Shown: positions 38,515 through 52,342, numbered from the stretch's first letter. The stretch: DNA of 64,000 bases from Takakia lepidozioides (GCA_030704615.1 CM060731.1:82460001-82524000), one strand, 5' to 3'. The notes: a model not told the origin generated them from the sequence alone. Program-made: numbers and translations.

Positions 38515-40168
38515 GGAAACATCCCACTGTTTCAAGCTATCTTAGGAAAAAAAGGATAGGGTTGAGTCTTTTTCTCAATGTTTCAAACAATCACCAAGTT
38601 TAGCCACTCTGGGATTTGCGCGATTTTATTGAGGACAACCGGTTTTTTAAGAGTCTCAGATATGATGCTTCAAAATAAATTATTTTTGATCAATCCCATC
38701 TCACTCGAGCTATTGAATATCTTCATGGTTCTCTTTTTCATTTCCTGTAATCACACACGTGAAAGATATGGTACTCATTTTGACTCATTTTTCAGTTGAA
38801 TTCTTGACGCACATTCGGGCAACCCCAGACTCTGATACAGGCCTTCATACGGGGACATGACTACATCTAGTGACCTCCACTGTTGAGTGGAGGTTCGCAT
38901 TCGTGCATTCCCGGATTTATGATTTATGTCTCTTTGGCAGGTTCAAGAGGATGCTGACAACGTCATCGGTTCCTCAAGTCCCCTAAAGGAAACCTCCGGA
39001 TCAGCTGCGAGTCGGAATATTGAAGACTTTCCGAGGGTTCACGATGGTGCTTAAATTGAGGATAGATCCTCTGTCAGACCCTTGTCCTCCCGAGAAGCGG
39101 GCGACCCTCTTCTCCTCTCGGGTCCTCCTGGGGGTAAAGTCCAAGGTGCAGGTGGAAGAACACAAATATCCTGAGACTTTATCGACCTTTCCCAACATTC
39201 CTCACCCTCCCTGTTCAGTACGCAGGGTCTGGTCTATCCAACCCGCAGGGCAACCGTCGGGGACTCGGCTACGGCTCCACTGCACCTGCTTCCGTCTCTT
39301 CCTCGCATATCTCCCAGCACGAGGGTTGGACAGCCCAAATCCGCAGGAGTCAGGTGATTTAAACTAATTTCTCGCTCCTTGCTCATTCTCTAGTTCACTT
39401 AGTTGGGTCTGATTTCATTGTCGCTCCAGGTAAGAAAATCTTGCAGATTATGACCTATGTCAAACGACGTCTGCATTGGAATGCAGTTCCGAGGTAAATT
39501 ATTCATGCGTTCGTTTGCATTCCATCCAAGATGTCGAGGTGCTCAAGGGACAATTTTTGTGCTTGCCGTTGTTGCCCCTCCACTTCTCCTGTCGTTCAAT
39601 GGCAAAACATCTCCAACATCGACACAACATGACCCTGAACTGCTCGCACAATGTTCTGCACCAAAGAGGCGAAAAAAGGCCCATGAGCCCTTTCCTTCCT
39701 CTGCAAGAAATCATTCCAAAGGACAAAAGGCTGATAAGAAAAAAAAACGGACTCCAAACACTTGAGGACTCCCTTGGATGTTGTGGCGCCTCGTCAATCC
39801 AAGCCCGCGGGAATCCACTGTTCTTCTGCAAGACATTCCAATAAGGCTTCAATGGTACATTTCAAAACAATTTCTCCACTTTTATTTGCAGTTTGTTTTT
39901 CTGTCCAAAACTAACTCCGTAATTTCTATACAAGCGAGTATAGAGCCGCATAACTTCTTGAATGTGCCTCCCGATAAGGTGCATCCACTAACCTCCACTT
40001 GACAGCTGACGATCATCTTTTTGTGATCTCGAATTCTTTGATATATGGTCTACTCTTGGTCCTTTACCGTAGTCCATTGTCGGACACTTATGTCTCCGAA
40101 AATGTAGAGGTCACTCTGAAACTAAGAATCACTACATCGTGTTGTTTCTGACGGCATGAAAACACTTA

Positions 40169-40801
40169 ATGCGCAGGATGGTATCGTCCATTAAACCTTC
40201 ATTTGCCACATCGGGAAGAGAGGAAACAGATGTTGTTAATATTGAATGTCAACGGTCCTTTGCTACCGGCAACCTCCAACCGGCGGTGAATTGTTTAAGG
40301 AGAGATTTCGTTTCAGGAAAGTTACAGTTCATGTTCCCGAAAGACTTTTTTGTGGTTCCCCGGCCCGGAGTCTTGGAGTTTCTCAACCTTGAGTTCATGC
40401 ATTTTCACGTGGCGATTGGTCATGTGCTGAAAGACAGTTTTTTGTAGGATGTTCGAGGGCTTAGTTCCTACGAAAATTGCGAGAAGTTTTTGACTTCATT
40501 TGGTCCAGCTGAGGATTGCAAAAGACACCACCGGTTACATTCATGCCTGAGATGAAATATCTCGGTAAGGATATTTCGCATGTGTTTATGCCAAGTACCC
40601 TGGGCAACATCCATTTGCAACTCAGGGACAAATACCCTTGTTGATGATGAGCCATCAAGAGCCTCGAAAACCCACCAGATACTGGATTCTTCCCTATTTC
40701 ATACAAACCCATCACCAAAGGGATTGGTTGACCAGGATAATATGAACAAAAGCTTGTGTGGCCATATATATTTGAAGTTGCATGGCTTCAAACAGTCGTA
40801 G
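40169..40801 (+). pseudogene. FCP1/NIF-like HAD phosphatase pseudogene, copy 3
   Basis: VVPRPGVLEFL..FHVAI..NTLVDDEP; heavily decayed. Confidence 0.55.
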
Positions 40802-41574
40802 ATTACATCAGCGAGAACCCTGCCAAGTGTTCTCGTAAGCCTATTGGTCGTGAAAACCCTGCCTATTGGCGCTTGGTATGGAAGATATGTTGATCCTCGT
40901 GTTTGGATCCCACAACAAAGGAACCTGATTACCTTGGTATGTACGTATCCCTGTTTGTTGTTTATAGAGAATTTGATCTGGAAAGTGTCTTCCACTTGAC
41001 ACATTTTAACTTTATCATTTTTTCTACAAAAGTTCCACATTTCAACTGACATTTGTCATATGAAAAAATTGTTTGGCCAGTCACATTCAAGGATGGCGAA
41101 TTCGAAAGAAGAAGAAGAGCTTCATGATTGGCAAGAATGGCGGCTGCCCGGGCAGGAGCAAGGCATCAAGAGATTCAATAAGTAGAGTTCCAAGAACATT
41201 TCGGATGATATATGTGACTACTAGGTTCGATTCCGAAAAGTATTTTTCCGTTTCATCGGTGCGGAGACCGTTGCAAGTGGTTGTGGGTCCTAGTTTGCAA
41301 ATTTGGACGTTTCGTGGCTTGACGTCGTCAGCGTTACGTCCGACGTCAGCGACGGACGTGCGTCACGTCACGTCGAAAACCGACGTTACTGTTATCTTAA
41401 ATCTGTTTATTTTTTTACTTTACTATCGACTATTTACTATGAGAACCGACGTGGCAACCGATGTGGCCTCATTACGTGGACTACATTAATTATCTGTAAA
41501 ATTTATATATTCTGATTATATTGTCAACATGCGACAGTCAGCAAAGGCTTGGTCGGACAAATTGTTTTTTTTAA

Positions 41575-42305
41575 AAATAGGGTGCGACCCCCAGAAGGGG
41601 GTGGTCGCACATTTTTTCTATTTTTTTTATTTTTTAAATGGGTGCGACCACCAGCAGGTTGGGGTCGAAGAAAAGATTCATTTTTTTCAATAGGTACGAC
41701 TACAAGCCGCGGTGGTCGCCACATTTTTTTATAAAAAAAATTGGGTGCCGACCACCTAGCAGAGGATGGTCCGCACAATTTTAATTATTTTTTTAAGGTG
41801 CAACCACCAGCAAGGGGGGGGATGGTCCACATTTGAATTATTTTTTTAAATGGGTGCGACCACCGCCGGTGGTGGTCGCAGACTTTTTTTTTTTTTGTTA
41901 TTAGGTGCGATCCGCTCTCCTGACCCGTGACGAGGCCCACCCCCCGTTAACATGGGCCAGCATTTGAGGCGGGTCACACGTCAGTCCTCTCCAGAAGTAT
42001 ATAAGGGCATCATACCACTCATTCCCAACCACTTTTTCCCTCTCTGTGAGTGCGGGTTTGGGGCTTTGGAGTTTGAACTTCGGTGGTGGACTGAGAATGG
42101 GGTGGTGGGAGGGGCGGGAAGAGGGGGGAGGGGAAAGAAAGTGGATTTGTGTGGTAGTGGGAGGAGTTGTTGCCTTTTTTCCTGGGACTGCGGGGAGAGG
42201 CGGGGGGGTGGGAGGGGCGGGAAGAGGGGGGAGGGGAAAGAAAGTGAGATTTGTGTGGGGGGAGGAGTTGTTGCCTTTTTTCCTGGGACTGCGGGGAGAG
42301 GCGTA
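41575..42305. repeat. GGGTGCGACC..GGTCGCAC palindromic repeats followed by a duplicated ~100-bp G-rich unit
   Basis: About 6 copies of TGCGACC-N-GGTCGCA separated by T-runs (41580-41910); direct repeat 42108-42203 / 42211-42303. Confidence 0.65.
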
Positions 42306-42513
42306 AACATGCACATGAACGGGATAGTCAGGTCAACAAAAAGACTATCCAAGCGCAGAGGTCGCGAAGGTGGTGAAGCAAGTAGTGTTGGATTATTTGA
42401 AGGACAATGACATAATGCGTTTGAATCTTTTGTATGTCCGACATGGAATGAGGGTTCCTTAGATTCCAGCACAATATGGAGATGAGAATGAAGGAGGCTT
42501 TGGCCGGGGGTGA

Positions 42514-43633
42514 ATGGGAGGAGGACAGGGCAAATTCCAGTTCACGAAATGGATGGAGGACCGGGCCCATGATGCCACATGGAATCTGAGGCAAACCATG
42601 GACAAGTTTGTTACGAGAACACCTGTAGCTGAAGGTCGCATGCCAACTTCGGAGGAGGAGTTATTTGTGCTTGTGGATTGGTGGTCTGACATGGCAAAGG
42701 CTCGCGCCAAACAACGTACAAAACCACTCCCATGGAAGGTAGGGTCCTCGTCCGCGGATGCGGCATTGAACGTGAGATACATATCCTCAAACGCACAGGT
42801 ACAACAACTCAACGCGCCCATCTTATTCCCTCCTCTTGGAGACTAGCAGGGAAAACGCCCAGGGAAACATGCTTGAGCTTGCCAAAGTCCAACATAACAA
42901 TGAGGTGTTGGCTGTCAGTGGCCATCATTTCAGATCACAGCATCATAAAGTATTTTGCGTTGCATCCACGTCGAATGACGGTTCCACACATTTGTGGAAT
43001 GGGGGACCCTACGATCATGATTTAGTATTTGACAGAATGGTGGAATGATCGGGATAACAGGGAGTTCATGGAACGACGTGGGAACGGAGCAAGAAATGCA
43101 GGAGGTGTCAACTGACTGGTTCGATTCCGACAGAATCGCCCAATTGGCATGGGCCTCTTTGCCATCATGCTCAACTTCCATAGCACCATCTCTCTCTTGC
43201 ACAACGACATGTCCCCCGCAACATCTTGTTGCATTTTCCACAAAGGTCTGAAGATGTGTACCATCGGGGTATGCGATTGGGGGATGGCCTCCACGCGTAT
43301 GACCCCAAAACCCACGTTGTAACATTTTCGAGAGCAGAGACAAGATGATAAAGACTCTCGCACATAGATTGTGGATTGCACCTGAAATTGCAATTGTTCA
43401 TAATGTAGCCAACAACCAGTCAGATGCACAAACTCGTAGGCCCCTCTAACAGTGTCATCAGAGATCTTTGCAATTGGGAAGATAGCCCAGGCAATAAATG
43501 GGGGTAACACGTTCGATGCAAGTCTGTTCAACGATATGTCTACTGGAACCTGTTTTGTTTCCGCTCTGGAAAACTTGTGTGTAGACACAGTAGAGTTGGC
43601 GGTACAAACTAGAAATGTTGTGAGCGTTTCATG
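42514..43633 (+). pseudogene. Protein kinase-like pseudogene embedded in a repetitive element
   Basis: Across frameshifts: LLHNDMSP-NILLHFP (catalytic loop), IGVCDWGMA (DFG equivalent), WIAPE, SEIFAIGKIA. Confidence 0.7.
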
Positions 43634-43859
43634 ACGGGGCTATTCAATTGGCCTGAGCCCAAAATTGCTGGAGGATGGATAGACTTGTAGACCTCTGACT
43701 GTACATCATATTTGATAAATGTTGTTTTCAATTGTGTTTGTCTCGTACCATAATGTTTTAATGGTTTGTTACTTGGCCATGGCACCTGGGTCCATCATAT
43801 GGGATAATCAAGCACCACACCCACGAATCTTGAAAGTGACAGTGTACACCGGGGTCAAT

Positions 43860-46800
43860 GGGTGAACCAATCGTTCCCCTGCCAAATGATTTTAGATTGA
43901 TTTGAAACTTTGGGAGTGTGTTGTACATGCCCTCTTTAAGTTACCAGACAAGTATGAGGTCATTTAAAAAATGGTTCTAAGGGTGAACCAATAGTTCCCC
44001 TATTAATGGTTTCGTGATTGAAAATTGGTTGAAAAGGTTTAACGAGTCGTTAGTCGTTCGGGGGCAAATGATTATTTCTTCTTCGCTTGCAACTTTGTGT
44101 ACGTGATTTGTACGTACTTAAGCACATATGGACCAAAGTTGAACTCAACAACAAGTTGTTTGAATCGGTTATTCAAATTCATAAGGAGAAACAACCTTTC
44201 GCCTGCACATGAATTATTTTTAATTCCATTCTGAAGCCATATGCTTGATAACAACATGAAGAGTTGCATGCAAAATATCACCATGAACAGACATCGTCTG
44301 CATCCAAAACACATTTTATTCCCTCATTTGCACTCCAAGGTGAAGTTATCTTCAACTTCATGCACTCTTCATAGTACATTTTTTGGCAAGGATGTGGTGG
44401 TGTGAGGGTTCAACTCACAGAACAAAATCAAGCCAAAAACAAAATCATCGCGCCCCACACTCATTGCGCCCCACAATCCTATGCCCTCTAATCATTTTAT
44501 TTAGTAAAAATCCAGTTCAATTCAAACTTGGATGAAAGGGTGAACGGAAACTTCCCCGATGAAATGATATTTTATTGCTCCGAAACTTTGCAAGTGTCTT
44601 CTACATGCCGTCTTACACGTCTTTGAGAAGTATGACATCAATCTAAAATGGTTTAAATGGTGAACCAATCGTCCCCCTACCAAATGATTTTAAATTGATT
44701 TGAAACTTTGCAAGTGTCTTGTACATGCCATCTTACAGGTCTTTCACAAGTTTCAAATCAATCTAAAATGGTTAAAATGGTGAATCAATCATGAACATAT
44801 CAAATGATTTTGGAGTGCTTTAAAGCTTTGCAAGTGTCTTTCACATGCCATTTTAAGGTACCCGGACAAGTATGAGGTTAGTAAATATGGTTGAGAGGTG
44901 TGAACCAATTGTTCCCCTATCAAATGATTTTATATTGCTTTGAAGACTTTGCAAGTGTCAGCCACATGCCCTCCTACAAGTACCGGACAAGTATGACGTG
45001 AATAACAAATGGTTGAAAGGGTGAACCAATCATTCCGCTATCAAATGATTTTATATTGCTTTGGATGTCATTGCTTTGGTAATTATAGCCCCCCAATGGC
45101 CCATTGTAACCTTTGAATTACAATTCAAAATGCAATTCAAGCCCTTAAAATTGGTAATGCCAGTCCCTAAAATGACCAACCCCGGCCGCCCCTCAAATTG
45201 TAATTTGAGCCCTTGAAATTGTCAATTCCAACCCTCAAATTGCAATTGAAAGCCCCTGAAATTTAATTCCAACCCCTCAATTGCACTTCTAGCCCCTGAA
45301 ATGAAAATGACAATTCCCTTCCTCTCCCGCCTCTCAAATTGCAACTGTAGCCTGTGAAATGGCAATTGCTAGTGCAGCCCCTGAAATTGGCAATTGAAGC
45401 CCCTGGAATGGCAGTTTCAGTCCCTCAAATTGCAAGTCCAGCCTCTGAAATTGGCAATTCGAGCCCCATAAATGACAATTTCAGCCCTTGAAATTGCTAT
45501 GGGTGAACCAATCATTCCCCTGCCCTGCCAATGATTTTGGATTCATTTGAAACTTTGCGAGTGTCTTGTACATGCCCTCTTAAAGTTACTCGACAAGTAT
45601 GATGTCAATGTTAAATGGTTCAAAGGGTGAACCAACAGTTCCCCTGTTGGATGATTTATGATGAATCGTTAACGATTGATCTCATATTACACTGGGACCT
45701 ATCAGAGGGTACATTGAACACACTGGCCAAGTCTCAAAGCGAACGAAATCATTTGGATGGGCAACCATCCGCGGCCCATTGAACGAATTTCGGTTGATCT
45801 CATATTACTTTGGGGCCTCTTCCATGGCACATTGACACATACTGGCCAAGTCTCAAAGCAAACCAAAATCATCTCGATGGCCAACCATCATCCGTTGAGC
45901 CATCGAATGAATTTCGATTGATCTGATATTAGTCCGGACCTGTGAGAGGGTGTCTCGAACGTATTGGCAAAGTTCAGAAGCAAACAAAAATGATTTGGAT
46001 GGGCTACCATCGTTCACCCGTTGAATGTATTCCGCTGGATCTGCTATTGCTTTGGGACCTGTTGGACTGTGTTTCGCGTGCTCGCGATTTTTTTTTCATT
46101 CGGTTTTTAATGGGGCGTGTAATGTAGCCATATGCAATGTGCGTGCCAAATTTGGGAGCGAACATAATTCATTTGGACCCAAAACCACAGTTTCTTCCCC
46201 CTGTTTTGCATTCCAAACTTGATTTGGTTCAACTTCATGCCTCTCTTCAAAAGTTATGCAATAGTGAGCGAAGAGAACCTTTTTTTTTTTGGGGCATTTT
46301 TTATTGGTCCAATTTTGGCGGGGAGTAGTGGTGGGATGCTGGAAGCCGCAGAACAAAATTAAGCCAAAAACAAATCGATACGTGCCAGAAACCCCCAATG
46401 AAAGGCAGTGCAACCTATTTATTGGCTTAAAATTAATTTAAAATGCAATTACATTATGGAATGGCTTGGCTTGTGTCGATGGGGAGACAAATGATTTATT
46501 CATCTGTTGTGTCTCCTCACATGTGTCGCACACATATTCAAGCACATGCGGGCAAAAGAGGGGCTTCAACCACATCCGTTCAATGGGTGCAATAGCCGTG
46601 CACGCATTTGCAGGATTTCTTTTTCTCGCAATGAACAAAAACCCATGACAACTGAAGCCTCATTGGCCCATCGAACGAATTTTGATTGATCTCATATTAC
46701 ACTAGGACCTATCAGAGGGTACATTAAATACACTGGCCAAGTCTCAAAGCGAACGAATATCATTTGGATGGGCAACCATCCGTTGGCCCATTGAACGAAT

Positions 46801-47110
46801 TTCGATTGATCTCATATTACTCTGGGGCATCTTCCATGGTACATTGAAGATACTGGCCAAGTCTCAAAGCGAACCAAAATCATTTGGAGGCAAATGATTT
46901 ATGCGTCTGTTCATTTATTTGTGATTAATCGTTAATGGTGAAAAGGATAAACCAAAGGTTCCTTGATAAAAAAATTTGAATGATTTGAAATTTTGCCAGT
47001 ATGTTCTACATGCCTCTTACATGGACCGGACAGTATGAGATCAATAAAAGGTTCACAGGAGGAACCAATGGTTACATGATGTGCCGATTTCTGAATGCTT
47101 TCAAACTTTG
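43860..47110. repeat. ~121-bp repeat family in two orientations, plus a ~21-bp CCCTGAAATTGCAA minisatellite (45090-45500)
   Basis: GGGTGAACCAATC..AAATGATTTT..AAACTTTGCAAGTGTC units at about 43860, 44538, 44658, 44778, 44899, 45019, 45501; diverged reverse-complement units at 45674-46030 and 46686-46890. Confidence 0.75.
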
Positions 47111-47121
47111 CCATTGCATAG

Positions 47122-47819
47122 TAGATGGTGCCAAGATGGCATGCATTGGCCTTTTTGTGCATTCTAGCAATGGGAGCTCAAGCTGGTCCATCCCATGCGA
47201 TTGGTCATGTAGATAGCGTGCATGACGATCCAGAGACTAGTGAGGAGTTTGGTGGTACTAAGGATGTGCATGAAGATGCAGCAGTATTGACATAACTTCG
47301 TACCGGAGAGACAACAGCCAGTGTGACTGCTAAGGAGAGAGATCGGGTCCTACAACGAGCCAAGAGATTCAAGTGGGAGGGGACTCACCTACTCCAAGTA
47401 TGGGAGGATGGACGAGTGAGGATTGTGCCTCATCCAACACAACGAGCGCAATTGGTACGCCATGCCCATGAGGAGTTGAGACATTTTGGGGTGCGGCGCA
47501 CTCATAGTTTGCTGCAATGGCAGTATTGGTGGCGGGGCATGCACACGGATATGCAACAGTTAGTGGCAAGGTGCATGGTGTGTGATAGAGTGCGGGCTTC
47601 TTTCAACGCCCCTACTCCACAATTGCATCATTTACCCATTATGGGTTTGGGCTATCGCTGGAGTTTTGACTTCGCAGGCCCATTGCCATTGACGATTCGC
47701 CATAACAAGTATGTGCTAGTGATGGTGGAACACTTCTCCAAATGGATTGAACTGGTGTCATTGCCTGACAAGGCAAGTGAGGGGGCTGCGTACGCATTCT
47801 TAGATCGAGTGCTTAGCCA
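47122..47819 (+). mobile_element. Gypsy LTR retrotransposon pol: integrase HHCC finger and start of core (5' half, split by the MULE)
   Basis: HEELRHFG..CMVCD..WSFDFAGPLP..VEHFSKWIEL..FLDRVLS; continues at 62995. Confidence 0.92.
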
Positions 47820-48059
47820 GAGGTTTGCTATTTCATGAGCATGAGCGGCATGAGCGGCATGAGCAGAGTAGTAACACAATCGGTTTTCATGAGCAGAAGT
47901 ACAAATTTCAAAAATAAAAAACAATAAAAAACAATAAAAAAAACAATAATTTAATGCAATGTGTCAGGAAAAACAAATATATTATTCAGCCCCTTGAAGG
48001 GAAAATTGCACTTTTGACAGTTGTGCTCATGATATTTCGTCTTCCGCTCATGCCAATTC

Positions 48060-48580
48060 CCAGCGACATGTGCAAATATGGCGCCGAATTTCGCGGTAAT
48101 AGGGTCCGTAACCTGAAAAAACGGCGACGTATTTCGCGGCAATAGGTCTCTCTGGCGAAAAATGGTGCCGAATTCCGCGGCTATAGGTCCCCTCATGACA
48201 GGTAATTCGGCGCCATTTTTCCAGTGCAATGTTCGGACTTAGCCAGTTTTCGGCGCAAAATAGGGAAATTCGGCGCCATTTTTCCAGACACTGTACCAGT
48301 GCATGTTGGGACTTAGCCAGTTTTCGGCCCAAAAAAGAGAAATTCGGCGCCATTTTTCCAGACACGGTACCAGTGCATGTTGGGACTTAGCCAGTTTTCG
48401 GCCCAAAAAGAGAAATTCGGCGCCATTTTCCCAACACATGTACCAGTGCATGTTGGACTTAGCGAGTTTTCGGCCCCAAAAAGAGAAATTCGGCGCCATT
48501 TTTCCAGACACGGTACCAGTGCATGTTGGGACTTAGCCAGTTTTCGGCCCCAAAAAGAGAAATTCGGCGCCATTTTTCCA
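48060..48580. repeat. ~74-bp tandem array carrying GAAATTCGGCGCC and GGACTTAGCCA motifs
   Basis: Motif at 48265, 48339, 48412, 48485, 48559, plus degenerate copies upstream. Confidence 0.9.
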
Positions 48581-48735
48581 GAAATGACCCCACAACTGCT
48601 TCTGTTGGATCTCAGTTTGAATGGAATATTGCCTCATTCCAGGAGTTTTGGGGTGCATTTCATTACACTGCAAAAAAAAATCTGATACAGCAAATGCATT
48701 TGAAAATATCCATATGGAGGATTCCGTTTGCCCCA

Positions 48736-51700
48736 TCAATGATTTCTGGAATCCCTAAGGAGGAGTTTGTGCAGCTCGTTCACGCTCAACGCCGGTGCAT
48801 GAATAAAGTCATCAATAGTCACGTTCATCCTCAACCTCTTCAGGTAAATGTAATACAGATGCTTGCACGGATAATACTTCGAACCCTTCTTTGCTTCCAT
48901 CAACGAGAAGTCCGTACAGTTGCAAGTCGGCTCCACTCCAATCGTAATTGTGTATACATCGTCGCGTACAGCCGAGCCGGCCGTTGCCATCCGATACACA
49001 CGCCCAAGGCCGGGTGGGGGTACGTCCCGAGCTCTGAATAGTGCAAGCCATCCCAAGAGCATTGGCAATCCGAGTCTCATTCAACTTGTTGGGAGGGTGT
49101 CGTCTCTTCACTCTTCCGAATCGCATTGTGGGATGTGCAGAATTGTCCAATCCGTCTCTACTGGACCGAGCAGTCTGCAATGGCTGGGTTTGAGGAACCG
49201 GAAATGCGTGGGCCGGGATGTCTGTGCGTTGCACCATTCGAAATCCTGCTGCAGATAGAGCATCCGCCTCATTCTGAGAGAGGCTGCAACCCGGTGCAAC
49301 AGGCCAGACGCCCGGAGGCTCCGGCATTCCCTGAATCCCGTACTTGGGCTTGCCAAATACACAGGTCATTATGTCGTGCCTACAGAACCAAAATGTCTGC
49401 GTTGTGGCGTGAGCAAATGTGGGAGTCAAAAATCTGCCGCTGAAACAAGGTGCAGGTACAGCACCGTGTGGGTTCCTCCGAATCATCTCACCACAGCGTG
49501 CTCTCGTATCCACCCGGATGGCGCAACACTTCCCTCGAAATGCCGGCAATGTCCTCGCAATTCTCCACTGTGACTCCGACACTCTTGTCTCCACAATGGG
49601 AATGTTGTATTGCTTTACTACAGATGGCTCGTTATGTTGCCGGGGGCACGCGCCCTGTGCTCAAAGGAGATGGCGATCTTGAACGTGCAGGACTTCCGGT
49701 GCTCGACGAGACCTCCTCGGACAACATCACCGGACCACGAGGGAGCGTGCGAATATTCTTGTCAGCTCGCCATGAATCCTCTTCTCCGCCAGGTGCCTCG
49801 TCAAGTCTTCGTCTCACTGGACGGGTATGAACATCTCCTTCCAAATGTTGGCCTCTTCGCAGCAATGGCGTGTCCCGAAGGCCCTCTCGCAAGGCCGCCG
49901 CCCACTTCCGAGGATTCTTCGATCTGGAGGCAGTCCGCATCAGCATTTCCTGCCTGTCCGGCCCCAAGCCCCACTGTTTCCCTTTCAAGAACTCGTTGTA
50001 CCTGCATTGCTGCATAATTGACCTCACAATGTCCTCCGTTGTGGCAGTGAGGATGTCCACCAGATGCGCCGCAGAGGAGGCACGCCAGGAAGAGTGCACT
50101 GATTCGGCCATGTTTGTCGTGGGCATGTCGGTGTCGGAGTCGAGACACATTTCCTGCACAAGCACATGTTCAGGTTACAAGCAAGTTACAAATATGGCCA
50201 AGAATAATATCCAACGGGACGCGAATTCGTGCAACTCACCTCCCGCATATAGTCGCCGAACTGGAGGAAACAATAATGCCACCATGCTAGCCAACTGACC
50301 ATTGCTCCTTCGTCTGATTTCCTTACAGCACCTGACGATGTCCACCAAGCCCGTATGCATGCAAACTGTGTCTCTGCATCATCCAAGGTGGGAGCGCGCT
50401 TCCACGCAAGGCACATGGAACGATGCTCCTCTCTGAAATCTGGCGCCACGAGCCTGGTTGTGTACTGCGAAAGGCTCTGCAGAAAATGGAACCCACAAGA
50501 TCTCTCCTTGCCTTCCATGGGAACATTGGGGTCTTGCCCGTACACCCTTCGGATGGCAGCCCAATTTGCTTGTGCGTTGTCCGCCATGAAACCACGGAAA
50601 TTGGGAGGGGGCAATCCCGCCTTGGCCATCTGTTCGTTTATTCCCTGCCAAAGAAGCATCTCCGATTGTGTGTCCTCTCCTTTCATCTCACAAATAGCAA
50701 TTGTCATTAGCATCCTGCAGTGGGTGTCGTAGACATGTGCACCCATTGTCACCCACTGGTGATTTGTAATTCGCTTGATATGGTCGAACATGACCCAACT
50801 GTTTGACAGTTCCCACTCGTCATCCTATCGACCAGTTCGACGCCACTGCCAGGTCCACACGTGGACATTTTGAATACGAAACAACGATCTGCCTCAGTCC
50901 CTTGTCCTGGAAACCTACTTCCATGAATGTAGTCATATCCACATCGTCGCTTCACCTCCAGAATGGAGTGCATATCCGAGCCACGCCCAATTTTCTGTTT
51001 GCATGAGACAATGTGGTTTCGGACATTCGGTGAACATACGTGGGACACCGACTCCAGCAATGCCTCCATTTCCTTCTCGTCGAGAGGAACTCTATCGGAG
51101 CCGTCTTCCGACATAATTCTGGCCAATGCCATCTTATGGGCGGCTTGGAGCTGTATCTGTTTGGTTTGGCACCCGGTCTCAACTTAACCTCCTCCTAAAC
51201 GAGCTGCTCTGCTTCGTGGGCAGCCTCCCGCGAGTTCCCCCTCGCCAATTTGTGACAATGGGAACCAACGTGTATGCAAGCTCGGGTGAGGTCAGGGAAA
51301 CGGTGCAACACATAGAACTGCTTGGCATTACAAACAGACATGCAGTGTGGTGGTTCTTTGCAATGCGCACACTTAAATGTGGAGTTCGGAACCTTCTCCT
51401 GAGCTCAAATGGTTGGTGAACTGTGCCTGTCCAATCGGTCTCGTTCCTATGACCTCTGGATTTAAAGTGGAAGCAAGTTGGGGAGAAACACCGCAACGCG
51501 CCCGCACAAACAACGTAGCGCACCCGCACACCATCAAGCATCTTCATGCTGGTGGTTTTGGTAACGCACCAAGGATGACCGTCATGTTTTCTATCCATAT
51601 CTGTCAACATTCCGGACGCCCTCGAGTAGTCCGCCCGAGGAGGGAACTCAAAGAAGATATTACCGTCGACGTCGGCGGGAAGGCATGTAACCGATTTAAT

Positions 51701-52342
51701 TGCAAACTTGCTGTAGTCCAGCCCGGCCAGCTCCGACCGGTGTCCTTCCAGGTGAAGCCCTCGCAGAATTTCTAGAATAGATCGAACTGCGGTGCTCGTG
51801 CTGGGAATATGACTCCCTCCTCCACTGACGTCCATTGAGGACTTGCCTGATCTCCAGGACGACCTCGGAACTTCCATGACCTCGTCTGAGTCGGACAGGT
51901 TGTGAACAACCCGGTTCTCGGTCGTCTTCATGGATGGGTTCGGCTCTGGATTTACTTCGTTGCGGACTTCTCTCTTTGAGGTACCCACTCTCTGATTCGC
52001 GGATTGTTTCGTGGAAGGCGCCAGGATAGACGGTGCATTTGGCGGGCAAATGAAGTCCCCAACAGCCCTGTATATGACGCTGTCCGATGGTGGAACTCGC
52101 CATTCCCTGCCATCGCCGAAATCATCGTGGAGCATAACAATACTCTCGACAACAAGGCCGTTTGAGTCCTTCATTTCCTCCTCCAAAAAAACCGACCCCG
52201 GTTTCAGGTGGTATCGAACGCACAGATATTTCTCCATCACCCGGCAGGTGTCCCCTCTGCACGGAAATGAAGCTCTATGCTCGTGAGGAGGGCAGTACAC
52301 TGTAGCGCTCGGGTTTTTCCGCCATGGGAGATGTGCACACAA
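48736..52342 (-). pseudogene. MULE transposase: GCM-like Zn domain, DDE core, SWIM finger (frameshifted in this copy)
   Basis: CAGALRCFSPTC..CAHC..C..HVGSHCH (WRKY/GCM-like); MFDH, FMADNAQA, CGFH (CxxH), TTNMAESVHS; intron 50154-50239; CNCTDF..CKHL SWIM near 48860-48930. Confidence 0.85.

Noticed and set aside
28000-41490. Full-length Sola element with defined TIRs
   Set aside because: No inverted partner found for the candidate end near 41485, and the two genes abut at about 33025 as if deleted, so boundaries are not claimed
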